Shown in pieces: positions 21,138 to 29,777 of a stretch of 64,000 nt of DNA. Under the pieces are notes generated by a model. That model was given only the letters and a program-made list of their open reading frames with translations, ran no database searches and was not told where the DNA came from. Each line of letters begins with the position of its first letter. The stretch's first letter is position 1. This stretch comes from Trueperaceae bacterium (GTDB lineage: Bacteria; Deinococcota; Deinococci; Deinococcales; Trueperaceae), in the NCBI GenBank assembly GCA_965213705.1, contig OZ243913.1, positions 1,600,001-1,664,000 on the forward strand. The letters run 5' to 3'. The translations under genes were made by a program, and so were the position numbers.

Positions 21138-23657
21138 TTACTCCCCCGGCCCCAGCCCTCGAGCCTGTTCCTGCAACTTGTGCAGCAAGTTGAGCGCGTC
21201 CAGCGGCGACAAGCGGCTGACGTCTTGCGATAGAAGAGTGTCCACGACCTCCTGAGCAGAGTCGTTTTGGGAGGACTCGAGGCCGCAAAACACGGCGTGC
21301 GCGCGCTCCAAAACGGCCCCCGGCACGCCCGCCAACTTGGCGACTTGGAGGCCGTAAGCCTTGCTCGCCGGGCCTTGTAAAACCTGGTGGTAAAACACGA
21401 GCCCGCCCGCCTCTTCCTTGGCGGCGACGTGGTAGTTCCGCGCCCGCCCCAAACGCCCGACGAGCGTGGTGAGTTCGAAGTAGTGCGTGGCAAAGAGCGT
21501 AAACGCGCCCACGCAGTCGTGCAGGTACTCCGACGCCGCCCAGGCGAGGGCGAGGCCGTCGTAGGTGCTCGTGCCGCGGCCGATTTCGTCCAACAGAACG
21601 AGGCTCTGCGGCGTGGCGTTTTGCAGGATACGGGCCAACTCGCTCATCTCGACCATAAAGGTGCTGCGGCCCCCGGCGATGTCGTCCGACGCGCCGATGC
21701 GGGTGTAAATCCGGTCGAACAGCGGCAGCGTGGCGGTCTCGGCCGGCACGAACGAGCCCACCTGCGCGAGCAGCGCGACGAGCGCGGTCTGGCGCAGGTA
21801 GGTGCTCTTGCCGCTCATGTTCGGCCCGGTCAGCACGACGAGGTGTTCGGTTTTTGAAAGGCTCGTGTCGTTGGCGATAAAGCTGTGGTACTGCTCGACC
21901 ACCGGGTGCCGCCCGCCACGTACACTAAGCGTGTGGTCGGCGCTGAACGCCGGGCGGCAGTAGTGGCGCGCGGCTGCGACCTCGGCGAGGGCGGCGTAGG
22001 TGTCGAGTTCGGCCAACACGCAGGCCACGTCGCGCACGTCTTGGGCGCGACCCGTGAAGCTCGAGCGCACCCCTTCAAACACCGCGTACTCGCGCCGTTT
22101 GGCGCCGTCCTCGGCGCGCAGGATTTCGCGCTCTTTGTCGCGGACGTCGCTGCGGGTGTAGCGCTGCCGGTCTTTGAGGGTTTGGACGACGCGGTAATCC
22201 TCCGGCACCGCGTCGTAGGAGGGCCGCGTGACTTCTAAGTAATAGCCGAACACGCCGTTGAAGCCGACCTTGAGCTTGGGGATGCCCGTGGCCTGGCGCT
22301 CGCGGAGTTCCAACTCGGCCATCCAGGCGCGGCCCGCTTCGGCGGCGTGGCGCAGGCTGTCGAGGTCACTGTCGAAACCGTCCCGAATCAGGCCGCCCTC
22401 GGTGATTTTCAAGGGCGGGTCGTCCACGAGCGCCGCGCTGATGAGCGCTTGCACGTCGCTCAAGTCGTGGAGGCGGTGGGTCAGGTTGGACAGCGCGCGT
22501 TCGTCCCGGCTGGCGAGCAAGCTTTTCAGACCCGGCAACAGGCTCAAGCTGCGGGCGAGGGCGGTGAGGTCTCGAGCGCTGGCGCGGTCGGCGGCAATTC
22601 GGGTGGCTAGGCGCTCCAAGTCGTGAACTCGGTAGAGCGCCTTGCGCACCTCGGCGCGCAGCACGCCGTCCTGAACAAAGGCCTCGACTGCGTCCAGCCG
22701 GTGTTCGATCAACGTGCGGTCGAGAAGGGGGTGGCGCAACCAGGCTTTCAAGAGCCTGCGGCCCGGCGCGGTGCGGGTTTCGTCGAGGATGCTGAAAAGT
22801 GTGCGCCCGGAGCCCATCGCCGCCTCGAACACTTCCAAAGTGGACAGCGCTACTTCGTCTAAGTGCATGTACGCGCCGGGGTCGTAGCGCAGAAAGCCCG
22901 TCACCTGCGGCAGCGCGCCGCGCTGCGTGGCGCGGGCGTAGGACAGGACCGCACCCGCGGCGCGCAAGAGCGCCTCGGTGTCCGCCCCGGTGGGCAGCGC
23001 GCCGAACTGCTGTGTGAGGGTCGTTTCGGCTTCCGCTAAATCGAAACGCCCCTGCGTTACCATGATGGGGAAGCGCTCGCCGAACAGGGTGCGGAACGCC
23101 TCCTGCTCGTACAGTTCGGGGGCCAGCAACACCTCGGCGGGGCGGTAGCGGCGGAGTTCGTCGAACAGGCTGCTCTTGGCGAAGGTTTGCGAGCCGCGAA
23201 ACTCGCCCGTGGTCACGTCGAGGAGCGCCAGGCCATAGCCGTCGCCGGTCGCCACGGCGGCGAGGTAGTTCGCGTCCGGGCGCAGCAGCCGTTCGTCGGT
23301 CACGGTGCCGGGCGTGATGAGTTGCGCCACCTCGCGCTTCACCAAACCGTCGGCGTCGGCGGGGTTGCCTACTTGGTCGGCGACGGCGACGCGGACGCCT
23401 TGGTTGAGCAGGCGTTCAATGTGCGTGTCCGCCGCGCGAACCGGAATGCCCGCCATCGGGGTGGTGAAGTCCTTGCTCGTTTTGTGCGTCAGGATAATTC
23501 CGAGGGCTCGAGCCAGCTTCTCCGCGTGCTCCCCGAAACACTCGTAAAAGTCGCCCACCTGAAACAGCATGAGGTAGTCCGGGTACTGCTCGATAAGCTC
23601 GACGTACTGCGTCAACAGGGGCGGCAGCGGGCCTTTGCCTTCGCCTTTTAAGACCAT
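21138..23657 (-). CDS. mutS: DNA mismatch repair protein MutS
   Basis: GDFYECF, TGPNMSGKST, STFMVEM, DEIGRGT and FATHY motifs. Confidence 0.97.
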   Translation of the reverse strand: MVLKGEGKGPLPPLLTQYVELIEQYPDYLMLFQVGDFYECFGEHAEKLARALGIILTHKTSKDFTTPMAGIPVRAADTHIERLLNQGVRVAVADQVGNPADADGLVKREVAQLITPGTVTDERLLRPDANYLAAVATGDGYGLALLDVTTGEFRGSQTFAKSSLFDELRRYRPAEVLLAPELYEQEAFRTLFGERFPIMVTQGRFDLAEAETTLTQQFGALPTGADTEALLRAAGAVLSYARATQRGALPQVTGFLRYDPGAYMHLDEVALSTLEVFEAAMGSGRTLFSILDETRTAPGRRLLKAWLRHPLLDRTLIEHRLDAVEAFVQDGVLRAEVRKALYRVHDLERLATRIAADRASARDLTALARSLSLLPGLKSLLASRDERALSNLTHRLHDLSDVQALISAALVDDPPLKITEGGLIRDGFDSDLDSLRHAAEAGRAWMAELELRERQATGIPKLKVGFNGVFGYYLEVTRPSYDAVPEDYRVVQTLKDRQRYTRSDVRDKEREILRAEDGAKRREYAVFEGVRSSFTGRAQDVRDVACVLAELDTYAALAEVAAARHYCRPAFSADHTLSVRGGRHPVVEQYHSFIANDTSLSKTEHLVVLTGPNMSGKSTYLRQTALVALLAQVGSFVPAETATLPLFDRIYTRIGASDDIAGGRSTFMVEMSELARILQNATPQSLVLLDEIGRGTSTYDGLALAWAASEYLHDCVGAFTLFATHYFELTTLVGRLGRARNYHVAAKEEAGGLVFYHQVLQGPASKAYGLQVAKLAGVPGAVLERAHAVFCGLESSQNDSAQEVVDTLLSQDVSRLSPLDALNLLHKLQEQARGLGPGE

Positions 23658-23726
23658 AGGGCAACTATACCGCGTTGGGTAGGGGGAGTTGTTTATGAAG
23701 TTGCGGGGGAAAGTGTGCCGTAGAGT

Positions 23727-24173
23727 TTAATTCTGTTCAGGCAACTCGTAACTCAGCGTCTGCATGTGAGAATCAGAGACACCTACAGACTGCTGCAAAA
23801 AACCGGCTTTGCTTAAAAATGCCAAGGTGGCCTGATTGGATGGGTCGACGTGGACAGTGAGCTTCCGGTACCAAGTTTTCAGGGTTTCGATAATTCGAGT
23901 CCCATAACCCCGCCTACACAGCGCCGGTTTGACGGCTAACCCCGCGGTGACACACTCATTCAAGCCCGGCCCAAAGTATAGGTCGGCAACAGCTACAAGC
24001 GTGTCTGCGTGTATGACAGCTAAAGTTGTGCCTTCCTCAGGTTTACTCGTGAGAGCAGCCTCGAGCCAGTCATCCCCTATAGGACCGAGGTATCTGTTCA
24101 AACTTTGGTCCTCAAACCAATGGCTGTACTCTTCGAAATGCGCCTCGACGAACAGTTGATACTGAAGTTCCAC
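23727..24173 (-). CDS. GNAT family N-acetyltransferase
   Basis: AVKPALCRRGYG and N..T..F..KAGF motifs; lower GC than neighbours; start approximate. Confidence 0.7.
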   Translation of the reverse strand: MELQYQLFVEAHFEEYSHWFEDQSLNRYLGPIGDDWLEAALTSKPEEGTTLAVIHADTLVAVADLYFGPGLNECVTAGLAVKPALCRRGYGTRIIETLKTWYRKLTVHVDPSNQATLAFLSKAGFLQQSVGVSDSHMQTLSYELPEQN

Positions 24174-24220
24174 CCCCGACAGCACTTGACGCTCGGAGGC
24201 GGGAACAGTACTGATGCGCT

Positions 24221-25018
24221 TCAGCTCGAGCCCTCCTCCAAAAACATCCCCATCGCGTGGTAGCCCGCGTCGACGTAAATCGTCTCGCCGGTGACGCCGC
24301 TGCCCAGCGTGTCGGCGATGAGCGACAAGGCCAGGCCACCGACCTCTTCCTGAGTGATGTTGCGTTTCAACATGCTCTTGGCCCCGGCCTCGCCGAACAT
24401 CTCGGCGAAGCCCGAAATGCTGCGGGCGGCGATGGTGCGCAGCGGCCCGGCACTGATGGCGTTGACGCGGACACCTTGCGGCCCGAGGTCGTAAGCGAGG
24501 TAGCGCACGCTTGCTTCCAAGGCCGCCTTGGCGACCGCCATCATGTTGTAGTGCGGCACCACGCGCTCGGCGGCGAGGTAGGTCAGGGTAGTAATGCTGC
24601 CGCCCTCGGTCATCAGGTCCTGCGCGCGCTGCGCGACGCCCACGAGCGAGTAGGCCGACACGTCCATCGCCGTCATCCACTCCTCTCGGGTGGTTTGTAC
24701 GAACGGCTTCTCAAACGTTGTGCCGGGCGCAAACGCGACCGCGTGAACGACGAAGTCGAGCGAGCCGAAGGCGTCTTTCACCTCTTTGAAGAGTGCGTCC
24801 AAGTCGTCGTCGCTCGTCACGTCGCAGGGGACGAGGAGCGGGTCGCGGCAGTCCCCAGTGAGCTTTTCCAGCGTACTTTTGAGCCGGTCGCCCTGGTAGC
24901 TGAAGGCCATGCGCGCCCCGGCGCGGTTCAGGATGTCGGCGATGGCCCAGGCGATGGAGCGCTGGTTGGCGACGCCGAACACGAGGCCCTGCTTGCTGGA
25001 TAGGTCGATGTTGAGCAC
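24221..25018 (-). CDS. fabI: enoyl-ACP reductase
   Basis: GVANQRSIAW, YNMMAVAKAALE and SAGPLRT motifs; GTG 25018 follows GGAG. Confidence 0.95.
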   Translation of the reverse strand: MLNIDLSSKQGLVFGVANQRSIAWAIADILNRAGARMAFSYQGDRLKSTLEKLTGDCRDPLLVPCDVTSDDDLDALFKEVKDAFGSLDFVVHAVAFAPGTTFEKPFVQTTREEWMTAMDVSAYSLVGVAQRAQDLMTEGGSITTLTYLAAERVVPHYNMMAVAKAALEASVRYLAYDLGPQGVRVNAISAGPLRTIAARSISGFAEMFGEAGAKSMLKRNITQEEVGGLALSLIADTLGSGVTGETIYVDAGYHAMGMFLEEGSS

Positions 25019-25023
25019 GGTTG

Positions 25024-25111
25024 ACTCCAAACTTGGTTTAGACCTCAAACTTGAGTTGCACCTCAAACTTGACTTGTACCTCGGCTTGACAACGACCTCG
25101 GCTTGGCAACG
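25024..25111. repeat. 17-18 bp degenerate tandem array, 5 units
   Basis: ACTCCAAACTTGGTTTAG ACCTCAAACTTGAGTTGC ACCTCAAACTTGACTTGT ACCTCGGCTTGACAACG ACCTCGGCTTGGCAACG in the fabI leader. Confidence 0.75.
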
Positions 25112-25322
25112 TCGCGGTTTGAGCCGAGTTTAACCCAGGAAAGCAGCCGAGACCGCGGGGGAGGCTCGAGCCAAGAGCTGAGACCGACCTCAGCCCTGTT
25201 CCGGGAGACAGTTTTACAAAGTAGGGGTGACTTACGCCTGGCACCGTCAGGGGACAGCCTTGCGTCAATTCAGGCGGACCCGTCGTAAGAATTCTGTTAT
25301 AATGTGCGGTTTAGGCTGGGGT

Positions 25323-26480
25323 GTGGCTCTTTTTTCTTCTACCGTCACCCCGGCGGCTTCCGCCGAACACCTCAAGCGCCGCTTTTACCTGGTCCTCCTC
25401 AGCGTGCTCGTGGTCTCGAGCTTCGCGAGTCTTTTGCTCTTTACCCAAGACTATTTTTTCGACAGGGTTTTGAGCCCGGCGTTACTCCTCATCCTGGCGG
25501 GCTTGACGACGTGGCTGTGGTGGCAGCCGACCAGCCTGAAAGCGGTCGAGCGCGGCGTCACCCTCGCCGCGGCGCTCAGCTACGCGCTCATCTTGGCGCA
25601 CACGCTTTACCTGTCGTCCGAGGAGGGGGCGAGAGCGGCGTTCTTGGACATCTTCAGGTTGTGGGGGCCGCTCATCTACCTCTGGTCGTACCTGGCTTTG
25701 GGCAAACGGCGCGGTCTCGCCGCCTCACTGGCTTTTTACGCGGCTACTTTGCTCGTGAGCCTGCCGTACTTTCTCTTCTACCCGCTTGCAGACGCGGCCT
25801 TCGGCGGGCGCTATTTGCTGGGCGACTTTTACCTAGCCAGCCTCGCTTACATCGCCGGGCTTCACGTCTTCGCCACTTTTCTCGAGTGGCAGGTCGCGGA
25901 GCGGCTCGCCGCGGAGGCCCTGACCCACTACGCCTACACCGACCCGTTGACCGAGCTGCCCAACCGCCGCTACTTAGCCGAGGCGCTCGAGCGCAGTCTG
26001 GAACGTCAGGACGGCAGGCTGCTGGGCGTGTTGTTCGTCGACCTAGACGAGTTCAAGGCGGTCAACGACCGCTGGGGCCACCAGGCGGGCGACGCGCTGT
26101 TGGTGGCGGTAGCGGCGCGCTTAAAAACTTGCGTCAGGCTCGAGGACACCGTGGCGCGCCTGGGCGGCGACGAGTTCGCGGTGGTGTTGCCCGACTTAAA
26201 GGACAAAGAGGACGCCGCCAAGATAGCTCGAGGGGTGGTCACGGCGCTCGCGGTCCCTTTCGAACTGTCCGGCGGCGTCGCGAGCGTTACGGCGAGTGTG
26301 GGCGTGAGCCTCTACCCGCAAGACGGAACGAGCGCCGAGGGTTTGCTGCTGAGAGCCGACCGGGCGATGTACCGCGTCAAGGCGGGCGGCAAGAACGGCT
26401 ACTGTGAAGACGTCCGCTACGAAGACGTCCGCTGCGAAGACGCGAACGGGGTGCGCCTGCCCGCCCTGGCAGGAGCCTAG
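25323..26480 (+). CDS. membrane-bound diguanylate cyclase
   Basis: About 6 TM helices, DPLTELPNRR, RxxD I-site (RLED) and GGDEF; TGtTATAAT promoter at 25295-25303; start approximate. Confidence 0.9.
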   Translation: MALFSSTVTPAASAEHLKRRFYLVLLSVLVVSSFASLLLFTQDYFFDRVLSPALLLILAGLTTWLWWQPTSLKAVERGVTLAAALSYALILAHTLYLSSEEGARAAFLDIFRLWGPLIYLWSYLALGKRRGLAASLAFYAATLLVSLPYFLFYPLADAAFGGRYLLGDFYLASLAYIAGLHVFATFLEWQVAERLAAEALTHYAYTDPLTELPNRRYLAEALERSLERQDGRLLGVLFVDLDEFKAVNDRWGHQAGDALLVAVAARLKTCVRLEDTVARLGGDEFAVVLPDLKDKEDAAKIARGVVTALAVPFELSGGVASVTASVGVSLYPQDGTSAEGLLLRADRAMYRVKAGGKNGYCEDVRYEDVRCEDANGVRLPALAGA

Positions 26481-26587
26481 CCGAGGCCGACCAAAGCCGT
26501 CACTTTGTTCGAACGCCGCCGCAAGCGCAAACTTGAACACATTCGACTTGCCGCGCCGGGTGTCGGTGAAGCGGTTGCTCAGCTGTC

Positions 26588-26720
26588 ATACGGGTTCCGA
26601 TTGATTCGTTGCAAGCGAATCAATCCGAGCGTAGCGAGGAGGAACAGAGATACGGACGGAACGGTATGGAATAGCGCCGAACGTTTTTCTTGGTGCTATG
26701 GAATTTAGCGGAATCCGCAT
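26588..26720 (+). mobile_element. Deinococcus-type small repeat / MITE-like element, copy 1
   Basis: Terminal inverted repeats ATACGGGTTCCG ... CGGAATCCGCAT, internal hairpin GATTGATTCG/CGAATCAATC, internal ATACGGAC. Confidence 0.7.
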
Positions 26721-26846
26721 CTCTCGTCCGTAGTTCGTTGCTCGCCTGTCAGACTCGGCCTAGCCCGCCGTGACTTTTCAAATTAACGGCAGCTGGCCGC
26801 GAACCCCGGCCCCGCGAGCCTCCCGAACCCCCACCGCGCCGGCTAC

Positions 26847-27899
26847 TCACCAGTCGTCGTTCGCCATAAGCGTTTTGAAGCGGGCTCTCGCTTCGCCGGC
26901 CTTGCCCTTTTCGCCGCGCGCTTCCCAGGTGTCGGCCAAGCCTTCCCAGGCGTTTTCGCTGTAGGGCTCGTGCTCGGTCATGGTGAAGTAAAAGCGAGTA
27001 GTCGTTTCCAAGTCGCCGTCGTCCAGGGCTTTTTCCGCGGCGGCCTCGAGCAAGCTCAAGTGCTCGGTGTGGAGCCCGGTGCGGGTGTTTTCGACCCAGG
27101 ACGAGTCGAAGCCGAGCAGGTAGTCGCCGCGGTACAGCTCAATGGCGCGGCGGTAGTCGGCTAAGTTGCCGCTCGCTTTCGCCTTGGTGCTCAAGTGCCG
27201 GTAACGCTCGACGTCGTAAGCGATTTTGAACTTGTCGTGCAGGTAGTAGCGGCGGTTGGCCGACTCGATGAGTTCGCCGCCCATCGCCTTGCGCAGCCGG
27301 TACAAGGTGGTGTGAAAGCTGCTCGAGGCCTTGGCCTCGGTCTTGCCGGGCCAGAGCGCTTCCGCGACTTCGAAGGTCGTCACGCCGCTGCGGTGTTCGA
27401 GCAAGTAAAACAGCAACTCCAAAGCCTTGAGCGAGTCCCAGTCGAGCCGTTCGCCGTCGCGTTCGACGATGGGCGACCCCAAGCCCTTGGCCTGCACGTT
27501 GCCTTCGACCGGGCGGAGCAGTTCTTCGATGCGCGTCAGGCGCACCTGCACCGCCTCGACGAGTTCGTCTTTGGTGAACGGCTTGGTAAGGTAGTCGTCC
27601 GCGCCCAACGTCATGCCCTTGCGGACGCTCGAGCGGTCGTCGAGCGCGGTCAAAAACAAAAACGGCACCGACCGGAGTTCGGCGACCTCGCGCACCTTTT
27701 GATAAAAGCCGTAACCGTCCAGTGCCGGCATCGACACGTCGCTGACAATCACGTTGGGATGCAAACCCTCGCCGAGTTCTGTCAACGCGTCGTGAGCGTT
27801 GTCGAAAGTGAGGACGCTGTAACCGGCACTTTCCAAACTGACCTGGGTCAGTTTGAGCAGTGCGGGCTCGTCATCGACGGCTAAAACCAGTGCAGACAT
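26847..27899 (-). CDS. response regulator with winged-helix and BTAD (SARP-like) output
   Basis: REC domain (AVDDE, SDVSMP, YLTKPF), then EALWP, LYRLRK and LYRGDYL. Confidence 0.88.
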   Translation of the reverse strand: MSALVLAVDDEPALLKLTQVSLESAGYSVLTFDNAHDALTELGEGLHPNVIVSDVSMPALDGYGFYQKVREVAELRSVPFLFLTALDDRSSVRKGMTLGADDYLTKPFTKDELVEAVQVRLTRIEELLRPVEGNVQAKGLGSPIVERDGERLDWDSLKALELLFYLLEHRSGVTTFEVAEALWPGKTEAKASSSFHTTLYRLRKAMGGELIESANRRYYLHDKFKIAYDVERYRHLSTKAKASGNLADYRRAIELYRGDYLLGFDSSWVENTRTGLHTEHLSLLEAAAEKALDDGDLETTTRFYFTMTEHEPYSENAWEGLADTWEARGEKGKAGEARARFKTLMANDDW

Positions 27900-27950
27900 A
27901 GGTACCTCGGTCGTTCGGTCGGTGTAGGCGGGCGGTTGTTCGGCAAGTCG

Positions 27951-28139
27951 TTACGCCCAGCCTTCGGTAGGGCGGTAGTGTACGAGCGCGCTGTACTCCA
28001 CGCTTGGGCCCAGTGTCGTCGTCGCAAAGCCGATGTCTACGACGACGTCGGTATCTGTAAGCGACGCCAAAAACGCGTTCAAACGCTCTTCGAACAGGTC
28101 GAAGTCGGTCGCGCTGACGAGTTTGCACTTGGCGGCCAC
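27951..28139 (-). CDS. small protein resembling Cse60/DUF2758
   Basis: KLVSATDFDLFEERLNAFL...VVDIGF...YSALVHY pattern; 62 aa from GTG 28139. Confidence 0.55.
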   Translation of the reverse strand: MAAKCKLVSATDFDLFEERLNAFLASLTDTDVVVDIGFATTTLGPSVEYSALVHYRPTEGWA

Positions 28140-28159
28140 GTCGGTAAAGCCACTCTCCC

Positions 28160-28942
28160 TCAAGCTTGGTCTTTTCGCGCCGCCCTGCGCAGCGCGATTG
28201 GGTCGTCTCCGATGATAGCGTCTACGCCGAGCTTGGTAAGCGAGGTAATTCTCATGTCGCTGTTGACCGTCCAGGTGTTGACCGCGAGACCGCGTGCGTG
28301 GGCGCGCTGCAGCAGCGCCGCCGTGACTTGCGACTCGTGTGGGTGGAGCGCGTCCGTGTGCAGCCAACCCGCCAGCCAGGGCGTGCGCAGCAGCAAGGGC
28401 AAGTCGGGCGCGTAGAGCAAGCCGGTACGCAACCGCGGCGAAAAAAACCGCACTTTGAGCAGGCTCGCGGGGTTGAAGCTCGAGACCAGCACCCGGTCGG
28501 CCAACCCCGACGCCCGCACCGCCCTCACCAGGTCGCGTTCAAGACGATGCGTCCGCCAGCCCGCCGCTTTGACCTCCAAGTTGAGCAGCGTGCCGGGACA
28601 GCTTTGGGCGAGGTCGAACAGTTCCGAGAGTTTGGCGATGCCTGGCTGTGCCGCGCGCAACTCTTCCCAACCGAGGTCGGCGACGCGCCGGCCCTGCACC
28701 GTAAAGTCGTGAAACAACACCAGCACACCGTCGCGGCTGCGCTGCACGTCGCACTCGACGCCGTCCAGACCCGAGCGAAACGCGTAGCGGAACGCTTCCA
28801 GCGTGTTTTCCGGCCGCGCGCCGCGCACGCCGCGGTGACCGAGCAGCAGCGGCAGTTTCCGGGTCACGCCGGGCAAGCGCCGGGGCCGCCACAGCGCGGT
28901 GCGCCAGAGCAGCGCCAGGACGAGAAGGAACAGGACCGGCAC
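28160..28942 (-). CDS. glycerophosphodiester phosphodiesterase
   Basis: GHRG, ENT, ECDV, FHD, LEVK, SSFN and WTVN motifs; TAAGCT 7 nt before GTG 28942. Confidence 0.9.
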   Translation of the reverse strand: MPVLFLLVLALLWRTALWRPRRLPGVTRKLPLLLGHRGVRGARPENTLEAFRYAFRSGLDGVECDVQRSRDGVLVLFHDFTVQGRRVADLGWEELRAAQPGIAKLSELFDLAQSCPGTLLNLEVKAAGWRTHRLERDLVRAVRASGLADRVLVSSFNPASLLKVRFFSPRLRTGLLYAPDLPLLLRTPWLAGWLHTDALHPHESQVTAALLQRAHARGLAVNTWTVNSDMRITSLTKLGVDAIIGDDPIALRRAARKDQA

Positions 28943-29354
28943 AGGTTTCAGCTTAACGCAGCCGCGGCTCGAGCGGTGCGTCGGCAACAAGCTTGCCTGG
29001 ATGGCGTTTCTGTGAATGACCGGGACTTCAACGACTCAAGAGAAGCGGACGCGAGAAGAGGTCGACCCGCGCGGTCGTCTCGGTGCCAATTCGCACCAGG
29101 TGGAAACAAGGTTTTTGGCTGTGAGGGTTTTGCTGTAACCGGAAACGGCGTTCTCTCAACATGTTTCCTCTCAACGTGAGGTTCGCCGGCGGGCCCGACC
29201 GGCAAAGCAGCACACCCGCCCCGCGCGTTTGGCCTGGTTCCGTCTGTTCAGGACGAGCGCCTGCGCCGGTCTGGGGTCGCTCGAGCGTGTCCGCATGAGG
29301 TTTTCGCATGAGTTTTCAACCCGTATGCGTTAAACTGGGTCACGGAGGCCTGCG

Positions 29355-29702
29355 GTGAAAGCAGCTCGAGTCGTTCAGTTTGTTTTACTTTTCATTGTCG
29401 TCGCTTACTTGTGGTGGGTGTACAGCGTCAACCAAGCGTACATCGACCTGCCCGGCTTCGTCGCGCTCCCGGCGGGTGTCGTCGTGGCGTTGGTCTTGCT
29501 GCTGGGCTGGCTGCTGGGCTGGCTGCCCAACCGCTTTGCACTGTGGCGCGCCCGGCGTGCGAACGCCAAGTTGAGAGCGCGGCTGGCCGAGTTTGAACCT
29601 TCCGGCGGCCCCGAGCCGGTCAGAACCCTGCGCGACCCCGCCATCCCCGACCGAAACGAGCCCTATCCGGTCGCGCCCGGCCCGGACTACGAAAACCTGT
29701 GA
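29355..29702 (+). CDS. LapA-domain membrane protein
   Basis: Two TM helices followed by a basic coiled segment; GGAGG RBS. Confidence 0.6.
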   Translation: MKAARVVQFVLLFIVVAYLWWVYSVNQAYIDLPGFVALPAGVVVALVLLLGWLLGWLPNRFALWRARRANAKLRARLAEFEPSGGPEPVRTLRDPAIPDRNEPYPVAPGPDYENL

Positions 29703-29777
29703 GGCCGGCGCTTTCGAACACCGCTCAGGTGCGGCGAGCCTGTAGAACCCGAGCCGGCTCGAAGTGAGCGGAACCTG

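Noticed and set aside
21110..21493. Apparent MutS-overlapping N-terminal extension of pip
   Set aside because: An alternative frame of mutS that is open by chance; pip has its own RBS and ATG at 21109.
24174..24680. Long N-terminal extension of the GNAT ORF
   Set aside because: An alternative frame inside fabI; not protein-like.
25024..25111. Possible mini-CRISPR (also considered for 37314-37383)
   Set aside because: Units are contiguous 14-18 bp tandem repeats with no spacers, and no cas genes are present.
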